Of a stretch of DNA of 49,656 nt, positions 36,032 to 44,994 are shown in pieces. Numbering within the stretch: the stretch's first letter is position 1; each line of letters opens with the position of its first letter. The notes below the pieces were generated by a model that did not search any database, was not told where the DNA came from, and saw only the letters and a list, made by a program, of their open reading frames with translations. Source of the stretch: a candidate division WOR-3 bacterium (GTDB taxonomy: Bacteria > Hydrothermota > Hydrothermia > JBDRYB01); assembly GCA_049969615.1 (NCBI GenBank), contig JBMFOM010000002.1:1-49656 (forward strand), read 5' to 3'. A program made the position numbers and the translations under genes.

Positions 36032-37438
36032 CCGATAGAGCGCGATCTCCCTTACGGGTTCAGGGCATCTGGTTTTGGTGTTGATGATGTATCCACTGAA
36101 CGGCATCCGGCAAACGGGATTCCCCTCCGAGGCCAGCTCCCACATCCAGCCAGAGCTATCCCTGTCCGTGAGTATCACGAAACCCGGCGAGAGGGAATCC
36201 AACCGGGCGAGGAACTCGTTCTTGTCTCTCGTCAGGTCGCCAAACAGCGGAACTATCAATCTCTTGTCATATAGGATATACCAAAGGTTTGCCGGGCCTA
36301 TTACTCCGGCGTCATCAGGAATGTGCCCCCTGAGCTCGGTTATGTTTGCGGGCGGCTGAGAACGCGGCAATGCCCTCGCGTTGAGGAGTGCCTTTCCGAG
36401 GCCGGCCAGGCCAACGAGGCCGAATACCACCAGGCCATAGCCGCGCCTCAGCTTTCTGAGGCCAAGGCCGCAGGCTACCGCGGCCGGGACCAAAAGATAG
36501 ACGAAGTAGTAATCTGGTGTCCTTGAAATGCCGAGGCCAATCAGTATTATGCCAAATGCCCCGGAGGCCCAGGCCATTCGCTCCTCCCTGGGAAGTCGGA
36601 ACCTCCTGATTGCCACTGAGATCATAGCAATGGCTATGAGCAGTGTTATGACCGGATCCCTGAAACGGATAAGTTGAAACCAGTAGGTTTTCTTTGCTAT
36701 GGCCTTGAAAAGGAAAAGGGGATTCTGATCGTAGAGCAGGGGCACATAGTAGTCCGTGTATCCCTGGTATGATATGATCCTCGCCCCCCCCAGAAGAGCG
36801 TTTAGCCCCAGTCCGGCCGCAAACGACAGCGCGAAAAACCCCGCGGCCCCGAGCCTGCGCTTCCACCCCCTGGATAGCATGAGCCAGGCAAAGAATGCTC
36901 CGGATGTCCAGAGGCCAACCACTGGCGAGACGAGAAAAGATAGCCCCCCCAGGATGCCCACCGGCACCCACTTATCCGAGATTACCAAGAGCAGATATAC
37001 CATGAGGACCATGATGCCCAATGCCTCGGGCCTAGCGGTGTGCGCGGCGATGAGGAGCGATGGCGAGAATGCGATGGCAATCCAGGCTTGGGTTTCCTCC
37101 ATTCGGTAAGCCAGGATCAGTATGCTTGCCGCCGCGGCCACCGCGGACAGGAACCTCGCCTGAAAAAGCCCGACCCCGGCCAGCTTGAAGATCAGGGCCA
37201 GAGGCGCATAGTAAAACGTTTCAGCCACGAGGCCCAAGCCCTTCTCCAGCGGGGTGAAGGGAAACATGGTGTTCGCGAGCCTGAACCCCCGCGCCAGATT
37301 CCAGGCCACATCCGAGAACCAGGCCTCATCTCCGAAGGCCATCAGGTTAGGCCAGGTCTCTAGGCACAGCATGTTGAGGATTACCCAGAGCACGACCAGA
37401 ATGACGGCCTGCCAGCGCAGGAGATTTTTTGATTTCAT
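35981..37438 (-). CDS. Membrane glycosyltransferase, GT-C fold (ArnT/PMT-like), second copy
   Basis: 485 aa, multi-TM. DE motif in the first periplasmic loop (AFGDEAWFSD) and a soluble C-terminal domain. The 3' end overlaps the convergent lipoprotein gene by 51 nt. Confidence 0.65.
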   Translation of the reverse strand: MKSKNLLRWQAVILVVLWVILNMLCLETWPNLMAFGDEAWFSDVAWNLARGFRLANTMFPFTPLEKGLGLVAETFYYAPLALIFKLAGVGLFQARFLSAVAAAASILILAYRMEETQAWIAIAFSPSLLIAAHTARPEALGIMVLMVYLLLVISDKWVPVGILGGLSFLVSPVVGLWTSGAFFAWLMLSRGWKRRLGAAGFFALSFAAGLGLNALLGGARIISYQGYTDYYVPLLYDQNPLFLFKAIAKKTYWFQLIRFRDPVITLLIAIAMISVAIRRFRLPREERMAWASGAFGIILIGLGISRTPDYYFVYLLVPAAVACGLGLRKLRRGYGLVVFGLVGLAGLGKALLNARALPRSQPPANITELRGHIPDDAGVIGPANLWYILYDKRLIVPLFGDLTRDKNEFLARLDSLSPGFVILTDRDSSGWMWELASEGNPVCRMPFSGYIINTKTRCPEPVREIALYRLKPAESGAGRNKAGDR

Positions 37439-37547
37439 TTACGCGCCCAGATTATCTCCCTTGGCCATGACCCCGTTCAAGCGCGAGCGCGCCCCTTAGC
37501 CTTATTCAATCTGGGCTATAAGACCATTTGAGAAGGATCGCGGCCCC

Positions 37548-37577
37548 TTGAACCAGCCAGAGCCGATGGTTTATAAT
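37548..37577 (+). promoter_or_regulatory. Putative promoter of the 37605-39890 operon
   Basis: TTGAAC, 18-nt spacer, TATAAT. The leader here carries an AGGAGG SD. Confidence 0.5.
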
Positions 37578-37604
37578 TGCGCGCGTATAGGAGGCATGTA
37601 AGAG

Positions 37605-38405
37605 ATGATGATGTCGCTCTTTATTTTCTCCGTCTTGCCCTTCTGGGAAGAAAGCATGGATGTGACCCGTTTCTACTTGTCTGGCTGGGGCAATGGTTCC
37701 TACTGGAGCAGGCAGATCGTCTATTCCAGCCGCGATGAGTTCCACGGAGGCTCCTGGAATCGCTGGAACGCCATGGGCCTGAACTGGGGCGCGCTCGGTG
37801 GCTTCAGGCGGAACGAATGGGGCGCGGAGATAATGTATGAGCAGATTCCCCTCCATAATTGGGCCACCAAGGATGATGTGGTCTATGACCCCTCTACCAA
37901 GACCTCGCTTTACATAATGATCAAGAGGTTCCTCAACCCCCAGACCAACACCTACCTCGGTTTTGACATCAGATACGAGAGATTCAACAGCACCAAGGTC
38001 GGTCTCATACAGAGCTATTTGAATGTGGATAACGAGGTGACCGGAAACTCATTTGGCCTGGAGGGCAAGCTTTTCCTTGAAACCGACAGGTTCAACAGCC
38101 CAAACCGTGGCCTCCTTCCCTGGGTTGGTGGCTACATTGGCTTTTATTCCTGTTCCTATACGGATGCCAACGATGTGGCCTCGGACGCGCTGGTTCCAGA
38201 GATGGAGCTCAACCTAGGCCTCAAGGTCAAGCCTTGGTCCTGGCTGGATTTCTGGGCCATGACTGAGATCAACCTGACAGAAGCCCAGTATGATATAGAC
38301 GAGAACCTCGGACTCGGCTACGACTATGTCAGATACACCAATACCTTGGCCTACATCAGGCTGGGGATGACCCTTACCTACACGAGGGGATACACCCTGG
38401 AGTGA
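37605..38405 (+). CDS. Putative outer-membrane beta-barrel protein
   Basis: 266 aa. Alternating beta-strand pattern rich in Y/G/N/W. No named motif recognised. Confidence 0.5.
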   Translation: MMMSLFIFSVLPFWEESMDVTRFYLSGWGNGSYWSRQIVYSSRDEFHGGSWNRWNAMGLNWGALGGFRRNEWGAEIMYEQIPLHNWATKDDVVYDPSTKTSLYIMIKRFLNPQTNTYLGFDIRYERFNSTKVGLIQSYLNVDNEVTGNSFGLEGKLFLETDRFNSPNRGLLPWVGGYIGFYSCSYTDANDVASDALVPEMELNLGLKVKPWSWLDFWAMTEINLTEAQYDIDENLGLGYDYVRYTNTLAYIRLGMTLTYTRGYTLE

Positions 38406-38408
38406 TTC

Positions 38409-39254
38409 ATGCTACTCCTTTTGCTGGTGGGCGCGGATAGCCTTTTGCCCTTCTCTGACGACATAGCTTTTCTGGCCCCTTGTCCCTCGGGTGATCTCGT
38501 CGCGGCAGTGACGCGCGAGGGCGTGCTATATATACGATCAGGCGATACCAATGTCCAGAGGATAGCGGACAGCGTCCTGGCCTGGGGAGTCTCCTGGTCG
38601 CCGGATGGTTCGGCCCTCGCTTTCGTAAGGAACGATAGGATCACCATCGCGACCAAAGGCACGATAACCTGGTCTAGCCAGCGTTTCGCTCACCCCGGCT
38701 ACCCGGTCTGGCTCGGCGCTGATCTGGTCTTTACCGGCGATGGCTTTCTATTCATTGGTGAAGAGAGGTTCCCCGGCTTCTATTTGGTTGCCACAGTATC
38801 CCCAAACCCACTGACCCGCGAGGTCTCATACACTGACATTGAGGGCAAGTCCCTCCTCAGTTTCAACCCCTCAACCGGCAAGACCGACACCCTTTTCTCT
38901 GACCCGGAGGGACTCGCGCTTTTCGCGCCTCAGTGGTCTCCAGATGGGAACCGTCTCTTGGTTTGCAGGGCTGGGCCGGGTTTCTGGCTGTGGGACGCCG
39001 GATCGGCTGAACCCAGGCTCATCTCGCCAGGGGAGGCTCCTTCCTGGTCTCCTGATGGCCTCCAGATTGTCTATCAGGTCTCAAGGGATGATGGCCACCA
39101 GATCCTCTCCTCGGAAATATACATCCTTGACCTTGCCTCCGGATCGTCGGTCAGGCTTCCCGGCAGACATGACAGGCTGATGCCCAGGTTTGGCGCGCGC
39201 GGGGTCTATTACCTTACCATAAACGGCCATGCTGGCCTTTTCAAGGCCGATTGA
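38409..39254 (+). CDS. PD40 / TolB-like beta-propeller repeat protein
   Basis: 281 aa. Repeated WSPDG motifs (WSPDGSALAFV, WSPDGNRLLV, WSPDGLQIVY). Confidence 0.75.
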   Translation: MLLLLLVGADSLLPFSDDIAFLAPCPSGDLVAAVTREGVLYIRSGDTNVQRIADSVLAWGVSWSPDGSALAFVRNDRITIATKGTITWSSQRFAHPGYPVWLGADLVFTGDGFLFIGEERFPGFYLVATVSPNPLTREVSYTDIEGKSLLSFNPSTGKTDTLFSDPEGLALFAPQWSPDGNRLLVCRAGPGFWLWDAGSAEPRLISPGEAPSWSPDGLQIVYQVSRDDGHQILSSEIYILDLASGSSVRLPGRHDRLMPRFGARGVYYLTINGHAGLFKAD

Positions 39255-39299
39255 TTATGATGAACCGGAGGCCAGTGATCCTCCAGGGACCGAAATGAT

Positions 39300-39890
39300 A
39301 TGGACGAATTTTTCAATTGGTTTTTCACTGAGCGCAGGGAACTAATTGTCCGAATGGCAGAGGGGCGACTGACCCAGAAGGATACCCTGGTCGGTTTCAC
39401 CAGGCATACCCCGGCCATAGTCTCGGCCGGCCCTGGTGGCCTCAACGCCTCCATCAAGGGCGTTGGTGTTGTTCACAGGGAGGAGTTTCTCCCGGAGACC
39501 CTTGAGAAGATAGAGGCTTATCTGAATGAGCACCCCAGGCCTGCTCCCAGGAGCTCATCGGGTTTCCTTCTTTCCGAGATATACGTCCAAGAGCGTATTG
39601 ATCCCATGCGGATTTCAACCATAGAGCTGGCCCGCCGGCACACCTACCAGAACCTGAGGGGAGGCGGCCCAACCACCTTGCTTTTCTATGAGCCTCCTTC
39701 GGTGACCTATGAGCTCAGGTGCAGGGCGGAGTGTTACCATGACGGCCCCTTCTTCAGGTTCGTCAACGGGCTTCACGATGTGTTCCACGGCCTCAGGAAG
39801 GACTGGAGCAAGACCCCTGTCTATATCTTTACCATAGAGGAGATCTACGACAATCATCCGGAAAAAATGGGGGAGAGGATTTACCCGTAG
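39300..39890 (+). CDS. Hypothetical protein
   Basis: 196 aa ORF with coding-like composition. No motif recognised. Confidence 0.5.
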   Translation: MDEFFNWFFTERRELIVRMAEGRLTQKDTLVGFTRHTPAIVSAGPGGLNASIKGVGVVHREEFLPETLEKIEAYLNEHPRPAPRSSSGFLLSEIYVQERIDPMRISTIELARRHTYQNLRGGGPTTLLFYEPPSVTYELRCRAECYHDGPFFRFVNGLHDVFHGLRKDWSKTPVYIFTIEEIYDNHPEKMGERIYP

Positions 39891-39903
39891 AATCTGTTCT
39901 CAT

Positions 39904-40086
39904 GAGACCCCTGATAAAGTAATAATAACTTAATGGTTTGAGCGAGGAGCGCTTTGTCCAAGAGAACAGGGTTCTAATAGGGGGGATCCCCTGAAAAATC
40001 CCACTGTGAGGGAGTTACCTCAGGGTTCTCTTCTAGCTATGATGAGGCTTTCGGATATGGACAAACCAAAATTTTTCTGGGGTTTC
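39904..40086 (+). repeat. Intergenic repeat copy D (cleanest full-length copy)
   Basis: GAGACCCCTGATAAAGT ... TGGTTTGAGCGAGGAGCGCTTTGTCCAAGAGAACAGGGTTCTAA ... CCCCTGAAAAATCCCACTGTGAGGGAGTTACCTCAGGGTTCTCTTCTAGCTATGATGAGGCTTTCGGATATGGACAAACCAAAATTTTTCTGGGGTTTC. Confidence 0.8.
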
Positions 40087-40119
40087 TTCTCAGTTGGAGA
40101 ACCGCGTTTGCTCAACAAG

Positions 40120-40148
40120 TTGAACCCGAAAACCATTGGACATTAAGC
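40120..40148 (+). promoter_or_regulatory. Putative promoter of the 40156 barrel gene
   Basis: TTGAAC, 17-nt spacer, TTAAGC. The GTG start lies 7 nt downstream. Confidence 0.35.
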
Positions 40149-40155
40149 TCTCGCT

Positions 40156-41481
40156 GTGTTCTTGACCCTCCTTTTTGTTCATCTGGAATTTCCCGGACTC
40201 CTCTCGGATTCCCTATGGCAGATTCCCATCTACACCGCTCATCCGGCCGCTGGCCCCGGATTCCTCTTCTATCGTTATCCCCTTGACCTGGACGGGATAC
40301 CTCTTCGTTTTGCCAATGACCCGACCATGTTCCACTCAACGCCGTTCCTGATTGCAGGAAGGGGCCTCTCGCTCAGGTATCCACAGGCTGACAAGCCCAT
40401 GACCACCGCCTACTCGGAGCAGGCGGGCGCGTGGGGTTTCTCACGGTTTGGCGCCTTGTTTGCCAGGGGCCTCGGCCCGACAGGAAGGGTTCTTGGCACA
40501 TTTGACTACAACGAATTCGGTGTCCTGGGCGAGCAGAAGGTCAGCCACCAGGGTCTCCTCGCCGCTTCCGGTTCTATCAAGGGAATGGACCTGGATGGCC
40601 TCGTGCTCTCGGCCAGCCGCGATTCCCTCTCGTATCTGCACATCAGGTCTGGAATTGGCTTTGGCCCAGCCGGATTCGTCGCTTGGAGAAGCTCCTTTGG
40701 CCCATACAGCTCTGGAGGGTTATCCGGTGCCTTTAAAGCGAGGGGGTTTTCGCTCGGCCTCTCCCGCGAGGAGTTGAGATGGCAAGGCCGGTTCGCTGGA
40801 CTCTGGTTACCCCGCTTTTCGTGGAGTTCTGCCGCCTTTTCTGCCTGGGCCGGTTGGCTCCTGGCTGATTCCGGTTCTGGACCTGTTGTCGGCGCGAGGT
40901 TTTCCGGTTCGCTCGCCGCGCTTGAGGCCGGCTACCGGACCGATATTCCTGACCCGGCTTTCATGCCTGGACTTCAGGGGCCCTTATCTGAGATGTATCT
41001 TTCCGGAGAGCTGACCGGCTACGGCCTGGTGGCCAGGGCCGATGCTGGCTGGGGCGATTGGCTTTACGGCTACACCAGCGATTCTGGCGGCATAACCGGC
41101 CTCGGCCGCGGGGCAAGACTGACGGGCGGGTTGTCCGGCTCCTGGGTATTCGGGCCACTGGTGGTTGGCTCGGCTGGCCAGCTAACCTGGTTTTCGGTCC
41201 CAGCGCCGGAGCAGTTCTACTGGCAGGCACGGGGCCTTCTCGGCTTCAGGGTAGCCCTTCTCAACGGAGACCTGGTTGCCACTCCCTCTTTATCCGGACA
41301 TTATTACGGCGAGCCACTCCCTGGTTTATGGAGCGAGGCCCGGCTTGACCTGACCTTTTACAGGGCCGTGAGGGCCTATATCTCTCTGGAGAACCTGACC
41401 GGGGACACCCTTTGTTTCTTTGGGAACAGGTGGCGCGGTAGGGTATGGAGATTCGGGGCCGCGTTGATCTTGTGGGATTGA
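40156..41481 (+). CDS. Putative outer-membrane beta-barrel, TonB-dependent-receptor-like paralog of 33430..34983
   Basis: 441 aa with a GTG start. The C-terminus (ISLENLTGDTLCFFGNRWRGRVWRFG) parallels ISVLNLLDQTPQQVAGYPLSGRSFRVE, and the N-terminal segment DLDGIPL ... STPFLIAGRGLSL parallels LIQGIQV ... LIPFHLLAGGIATL. Confidence 0.5.
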   Translation: MFLTLLFVHLEFPGLLSDSLWQIPIYTAHPAAGPGFLFYRYPLDLDGIPLRFANDPTMFHSTPFLIAGRGLSLRYPQADKPMTTAYSEQAGAWGFSRFGALFARGLGPTGRVLGTFDYNEFGVLGEQKVSHQGLLAASGSIKGMDLDGLVLSASRDSLSYLHIRSGIGFGPAGFVAWRSSFGPYSSGGLSGAFKARGFSLGLSREELRWQGRFAGLWLPRFSWSSAAFSAWAGWLLADSGSGPVVGARFSGSLAALEAGYRTDIPDPAFMPGLQGPLSEMYLSGELTGYGLVARADAGWGDWLYGYTSDSGGITGLGRGARLTGGLSGSWVFGPLVVGSAGQLTWFSVPAPEQFYWQARGLLGFRVALLNGDLVATPSLSGHYYGEPLPGLWSEARLDLTFYRAVRAYISLENLTGDTLCFFGNRWRGRVWRFGAALILWD

Positions 41482-41519
41482 AATTGGAAATTTAAGGAGT
41501 GAGGCGAAGACGCGCGGCC

Positions 41520-41549
41520 TTGCAGTAAAACGCGCCCTTTCGGTATAAT
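41520..41549 (+). promoter_or_regulatory. Putative promoter of the cheY-cheC-TPR-PATAN operon
   Basis: TTGCAG, 18-nt spacer, TATAAT (41544-41549). The ATG is 10 nt downstream with no SD. Confidence 0.45.
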
Positions 41550-41559
41550 ATTTACTCAG

Positions 41560-41928
41560 ATGAGGAATCGTATCCTTTTGGCCGATGACGCTAAGTTTAT
41601 GCGCAAGCTCCTGGCAAAGATACTTGAGGAGGGCGGCTACGAGGTGGTTGGCGAGGCAGAGACAGGCTCAGAGGCCATCTCGCTCTATCAGAAGTTGAAG
41701 CCGGATCTCGTCACGATGGATCTGGTGATGCCAGACATGTCCGGGATTGACGCCATAAGGGGAATAGTCTCCAGCGATCCAAAGGCCAGAATAGTCGTAG
41801 TATCAGCAATGGGCCAGCAAAGCCTCGTCTCCGAGGCAATGAGCGCTGGCGCCAAGGACTTTGTCGTCAAGCCCTTCCACCCTTCGGTTGTCCTTGAGGT
41901 TATAGGAAGGGTGCTGAAGGAGACATAG
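41560..41928 (+). CDS. cheY: CheY-like single-domain response regulator
   Basis: 122 aa. Acidic pocket DD (LLADDA), phospho-acceptor Asp (LVTMDLVMPDMSG), S/T (VVSAMG) and Lys (VVKPF) are all present. Confidence 0.88.
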   Translation: MRNRILLADDAKFMRKLLAKILEEGGYEVVGEAETGSEAISLYQKLKPDLVTMDLVMPDMSGIDAIRGIVSSDPKARIVVVSAMGQQSLVSEAMSAGAKDFVVKPFHPSVVLEVIGRVLKET

Positions 41929-42052
41929 TGAAAACCCCGGAGCTTGCCGAGCTGATCCCGATCAGGTGTAGGATGCAGCCTGATTTAAGGCCGATATTTT
42001 CCATATGTGGTCTTTACACCCGTGAACATGCTAAATCTAAAGGCGGTTCAAC

Positions 42053-42649
42053 ATGATGAGGGATGACCTGTTGGATGGCCTCAGGGAGGTCATAAACATC
42101 GGTGCTGGCCACGGCGCGAGCGCGCTGTCGCTCCTTCTCGGCAAAAAAGTCAGCCTCGCGGTTCCACGTGTCTGGCACGGGGCACTCCAGGAGGCCTTGG
42201 AAGCCTTTGATGGGGACAAGACGCCGGTATTCGGTTTCACATTCAGAATAATGGGCGACATGGAGGGCTGGGTTCTGGTGACGGTTTCCGAGAAGGACGG
42301 TCAGTCCATACTCAGGATGCTCTGGCCCGGCGAAAGCAGCCTTACATCCGAGGAGATGCTGATTTCCGGACTTGGGGAGACTGCCCACATAGTTTCCGGC
42401 GCGTTTCTCTCCGCAATGGCCAACATGATGGACATGGTCGCGTTTCAGTCCATACCAAGGATGAAGAGGGGGCCTCATTCGGATGTTATCGCTGATTTCA
42501 TAGGCCGTATAGGCGAATACGATTCCATTTTCATAGGCATAGAGATTGAGATGACCGTTGAATCCCTCAGCAGGTGGGAGATGATTTTCGTGCCGAAGGC
42601 CGCCTCGGTTGGTCTGGTGGCCGAAAAACTGGAGGACATGCTCAGATGA
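42053..42649 (+). CDS. cheC: CheC-family CheY-P phosphatase
   Basis: 198 aa. First site D-x3-E-x2-N-x22-P is intact (DGLREVIN ... 22 residues ... P). The second site reads S-x3-E-x2-H-x22-P. Confidence 0.8.
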   Translation: MMRDDLLDGLREVINIGAGHGASALSLLLGKKVSLAVPRVWHGALQEALEAFDGDKTPVFGFTFRIMGDMEGWVLVTVSEKDGQSILRMLWPGESSLTSEEMLISGLGETAHIVSGAFLSAMANMMDMVAFQSIPRMKRGPHSDVIADFIGRIGEYDSIFIGIEIEMTVESLSRWEMIFVPKAASVGLVAEKLEDMLR

Positions 42650-44994
42650 GGAACGAACAGGAGTTTCTGCGGGAGCTGGCCATGCGGCTCGATCCACAGG
42701 ATCCCCACTCTCACAATAATATAGCTGTGATAATGTTCAATAAGGGCTACCATGAGGACGCGGTGGAGGAGCTGGAAAAGGCCCTGGCCATAGACCCCAA
42801 CTTTGAATCCGCGAGACGGAACCTTGAGGCTGTTTTGCGCAGGATAGGCCGAAAGGATGATGTCCTGGAGTATTACCTCGGAGGGGCGCAGGAATATCCG
42901 GATGCAGCAGCGAGGCATTTGGCCGCGGCTGAGGCGCTTTCAAACATGGGCAGGGATACCGAGGCCCTTGCGGAGTTCATGGCGGTTCTCAGCACCAGGC
43001 CCGATGATCTGAAAGCTCTCATCGGCGCGGCCCGCATTCTCAGGAAGCGCAGGGATTATCACGGCGCGGAGGGTTTGTTGAAGAGGGCAGTGGAAAAAGC
43101 CCCGGATTCCGCGGAGGCATACAGGTTGTTGGGAGAAGTCCATTACAACACCCAGCAACTTGACCTTGCCCTGCAGGAGCTTGAGAAGGCCAGGGATCTT
43201 GAGCCGGACTCCGCTGAGACCTATTACCTCCTTTCCTTTGTCTATGGCGAAAAAGGAATGCTTGACCAGGCCCTTGAGTGTGTTGAGAAAGCATCCGTCA
43301 TTAACCCGAAGCTGACTGAGGCCGAGGAACTGCTCACCATAGAAACCGAGCCAGATGACGAGACCGAACCGGAGGTCGGGGCAGACCCCTTCCAATCAAG
43401 GCTTGAGCTCGCGCAGGCATATCTTGGCAAGGGGCTTTTTCAGGATGCGGAGAGGGAGATAGGCAAAGCGAAAAAATTCGCTTCCGGCCCACACGAGCAA
43501 CAAAAGGCTTTGATGGCCGAGGCTCTGCTCTATTTCCTTGAAGGCCAGTATGCTACGAGCACCCTCCTTCTGAACAGCATAGCCCATCCCAATACCGAGG
43601 CCTTGGTCCTCAGGGCCCTTAACTCCTATTTCATGGGTCGTTACGAACCGGCCCTGGAGGTGGCCAGCCTGGCTTCCGAGACCGGGGATGAGTTCGCCTG
43701 CCTCAATCACGGTGTCCTGGCATATGTAATAAAGGGTGACTGCGGGCTTGCTCTCGCTTGCCTGGAAAAGGCCCTCGGCCTCCCCGCGGCACTCTATGAC
43801 AGGGCCTACATACTTTTCAAGTCCGGAGACATTCCGGCAGCCGAGAGGGCACTTGAGGAGTTCAGGCAGGTGAGGGGCGAGACCGTCCATTACTACGACC
43901 TCCTCGCGGATATAAAAACCGCCCGTGGAGACGATGATGGTGCGGAGACTGCGCTCCTGAACGCGATCAGGATAGATCCCGGCTACGGCGATGCCCTGAT
44001 TGGGTTGGGTTCTATATTCTTCAGGAAAAAGAACTTCGCCCGGTTCTTTGAATTCATGCGTCAGGCAAGGGCCATACGCCACTACTACAAGCGTGACAAT
44101 CTTTTCCTGGCTTTTCGTGGCTTGTCCTTTGATATACCAATTGAGGTCAAGGAATCGCTCCCTCCAATAGCCGAGATTCTTGAATCCGGCAGGCTTGAGG
44201 AAATCCTTGCCAAGTTGCTTGACAGGGGAAAACACAAGGATGTCCTTGCCATTGTTGACGAGCTTCTCAAGGAAGTCCCGTTTGATCAGAGCCTCCTGAG
44301 GGTGAAGGCGCTCGTGTATTTCAGGTCAGGGCGTTTTAGGGAGGCAAGGGAGTATTTCTCGGCGATAACCAGGCCCACCAGAGAGGACAGGGTTTTCTTG
44401 GCTCTCTCAGAGGAATGGCTTGGCAACTGGCCCATGGCCCTCAAGCATATCCTTCACATGCTCAGGGAAGAGAGGGAGGACCCGGGCCTCTGGGCCTGGG
44501 CAGGGAGGATATTGATCCGGCTCAGGAGACCCAGGGAGGCAGAGATGTTTCTCAAGAAATCCCTTCTCCTGGAAAACGATAACCATGAGGCCCTTTTCTG
44601 GGTTGGCGAACTGCTGATGTCCGCGGGTAAGGGGGACGAGGTTCAAAAGATAGCCAAAAGCCTCTTATCTCTGAGAGACCCCAGGGGTCACCTTTTCATG
44701 GGTGAGATGGCCTTTCTCGGGGAGCGCTACGATGAGGCCGCGGCATGCCTTGATGAGGCCTTGAAAAACGGGGTTGACAGGGCAAGGGTGCTCTATCTCA
44801 TGGGCCTCATGGCCGCCATAAGGGGTCAGTATCAAGCCGCTATAAAGAACTGGAAAGAGGTAGAGAGTCTCGCATACGATCAGGTCCTGGCCTGGAAGGC
44901 CAGACAAAACATTGTCCAGCTGGAAAACCTCAGGACATACCTGAAATCCGAGGTTTCAAGGCAAGGAGGTTCCAGAGATGCCCTTGAGAGGTGA
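42646..44994 (+). CDS. Large TPR-repeat protein
   Basis: ATG 42646 overlaps the cheC stop (ATGA). About 780 aa of TPR-like repeats (NNIAVIMFNKGYHEDAVEELEKALAIDPN and similar). Confidence 0.8.
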   Translation: MRNEQEFLRELAMRLDPQDPHSHNNIAVIMFNKGYHEDAVEELEKALAIDPNFESARRNLEAVLRRIGRKDDVLEYYLGGAQEYPDAAARHLAAAEALSNMGRDTEALAEFMAVLSTRPDDLKALIGAARILRKRRDYHGAEGLLKRAVEKAPDSAEAYRLLGEVHYNTQQLDLALQELEKARDLEPDSAETYYLLSFVYGEKGMLDQALECVEKASVINPKLTEAEELLTIETEPDDETEPEVGADPFQSRLELAQAYLGKGLFQDAEREIGKAKKFASGPHEQQKALMAEALLYFLEGQYATSTLLLNSIAHPNTEALVLRALNSYFMGRYEPALEVASLASETGDEFACLNHGVLAYVIKGDCGLALACLEKALGLPAALYDRAYILFKSGDIPAAERALEEFRQVRGETVHYYDLLADIKTARGDDDGAETALLNAIRIDPGYGDALIGLGSIFFRKKNFARFFEFMRQARAIRHYYKRDNLFLAFRGLSFDIPIEVKESLPPIAEILESGRLEEILAKLLDRGKHKDVLAIVDELLKEVPFDQSLLRVKALVYFRSGRFREAREYFSAITRPTREDRVFLALSEEWLGNWPMALKHILHMLREEREDPGLWAWAGRILIRLRRPREAEMFLKKSLLLENDNHEALFWVGELLMSAGKGDEVQKIAKSLLSLRDPRGHLFMGEMAFLGERYDEAAACLDEALKNGVDRARVLYLMGLMAAIRGQYQAAIKNWKEVESLAYDQVLAWKARQNIVQLENLRTYLKSEVSRQGGSRDALER

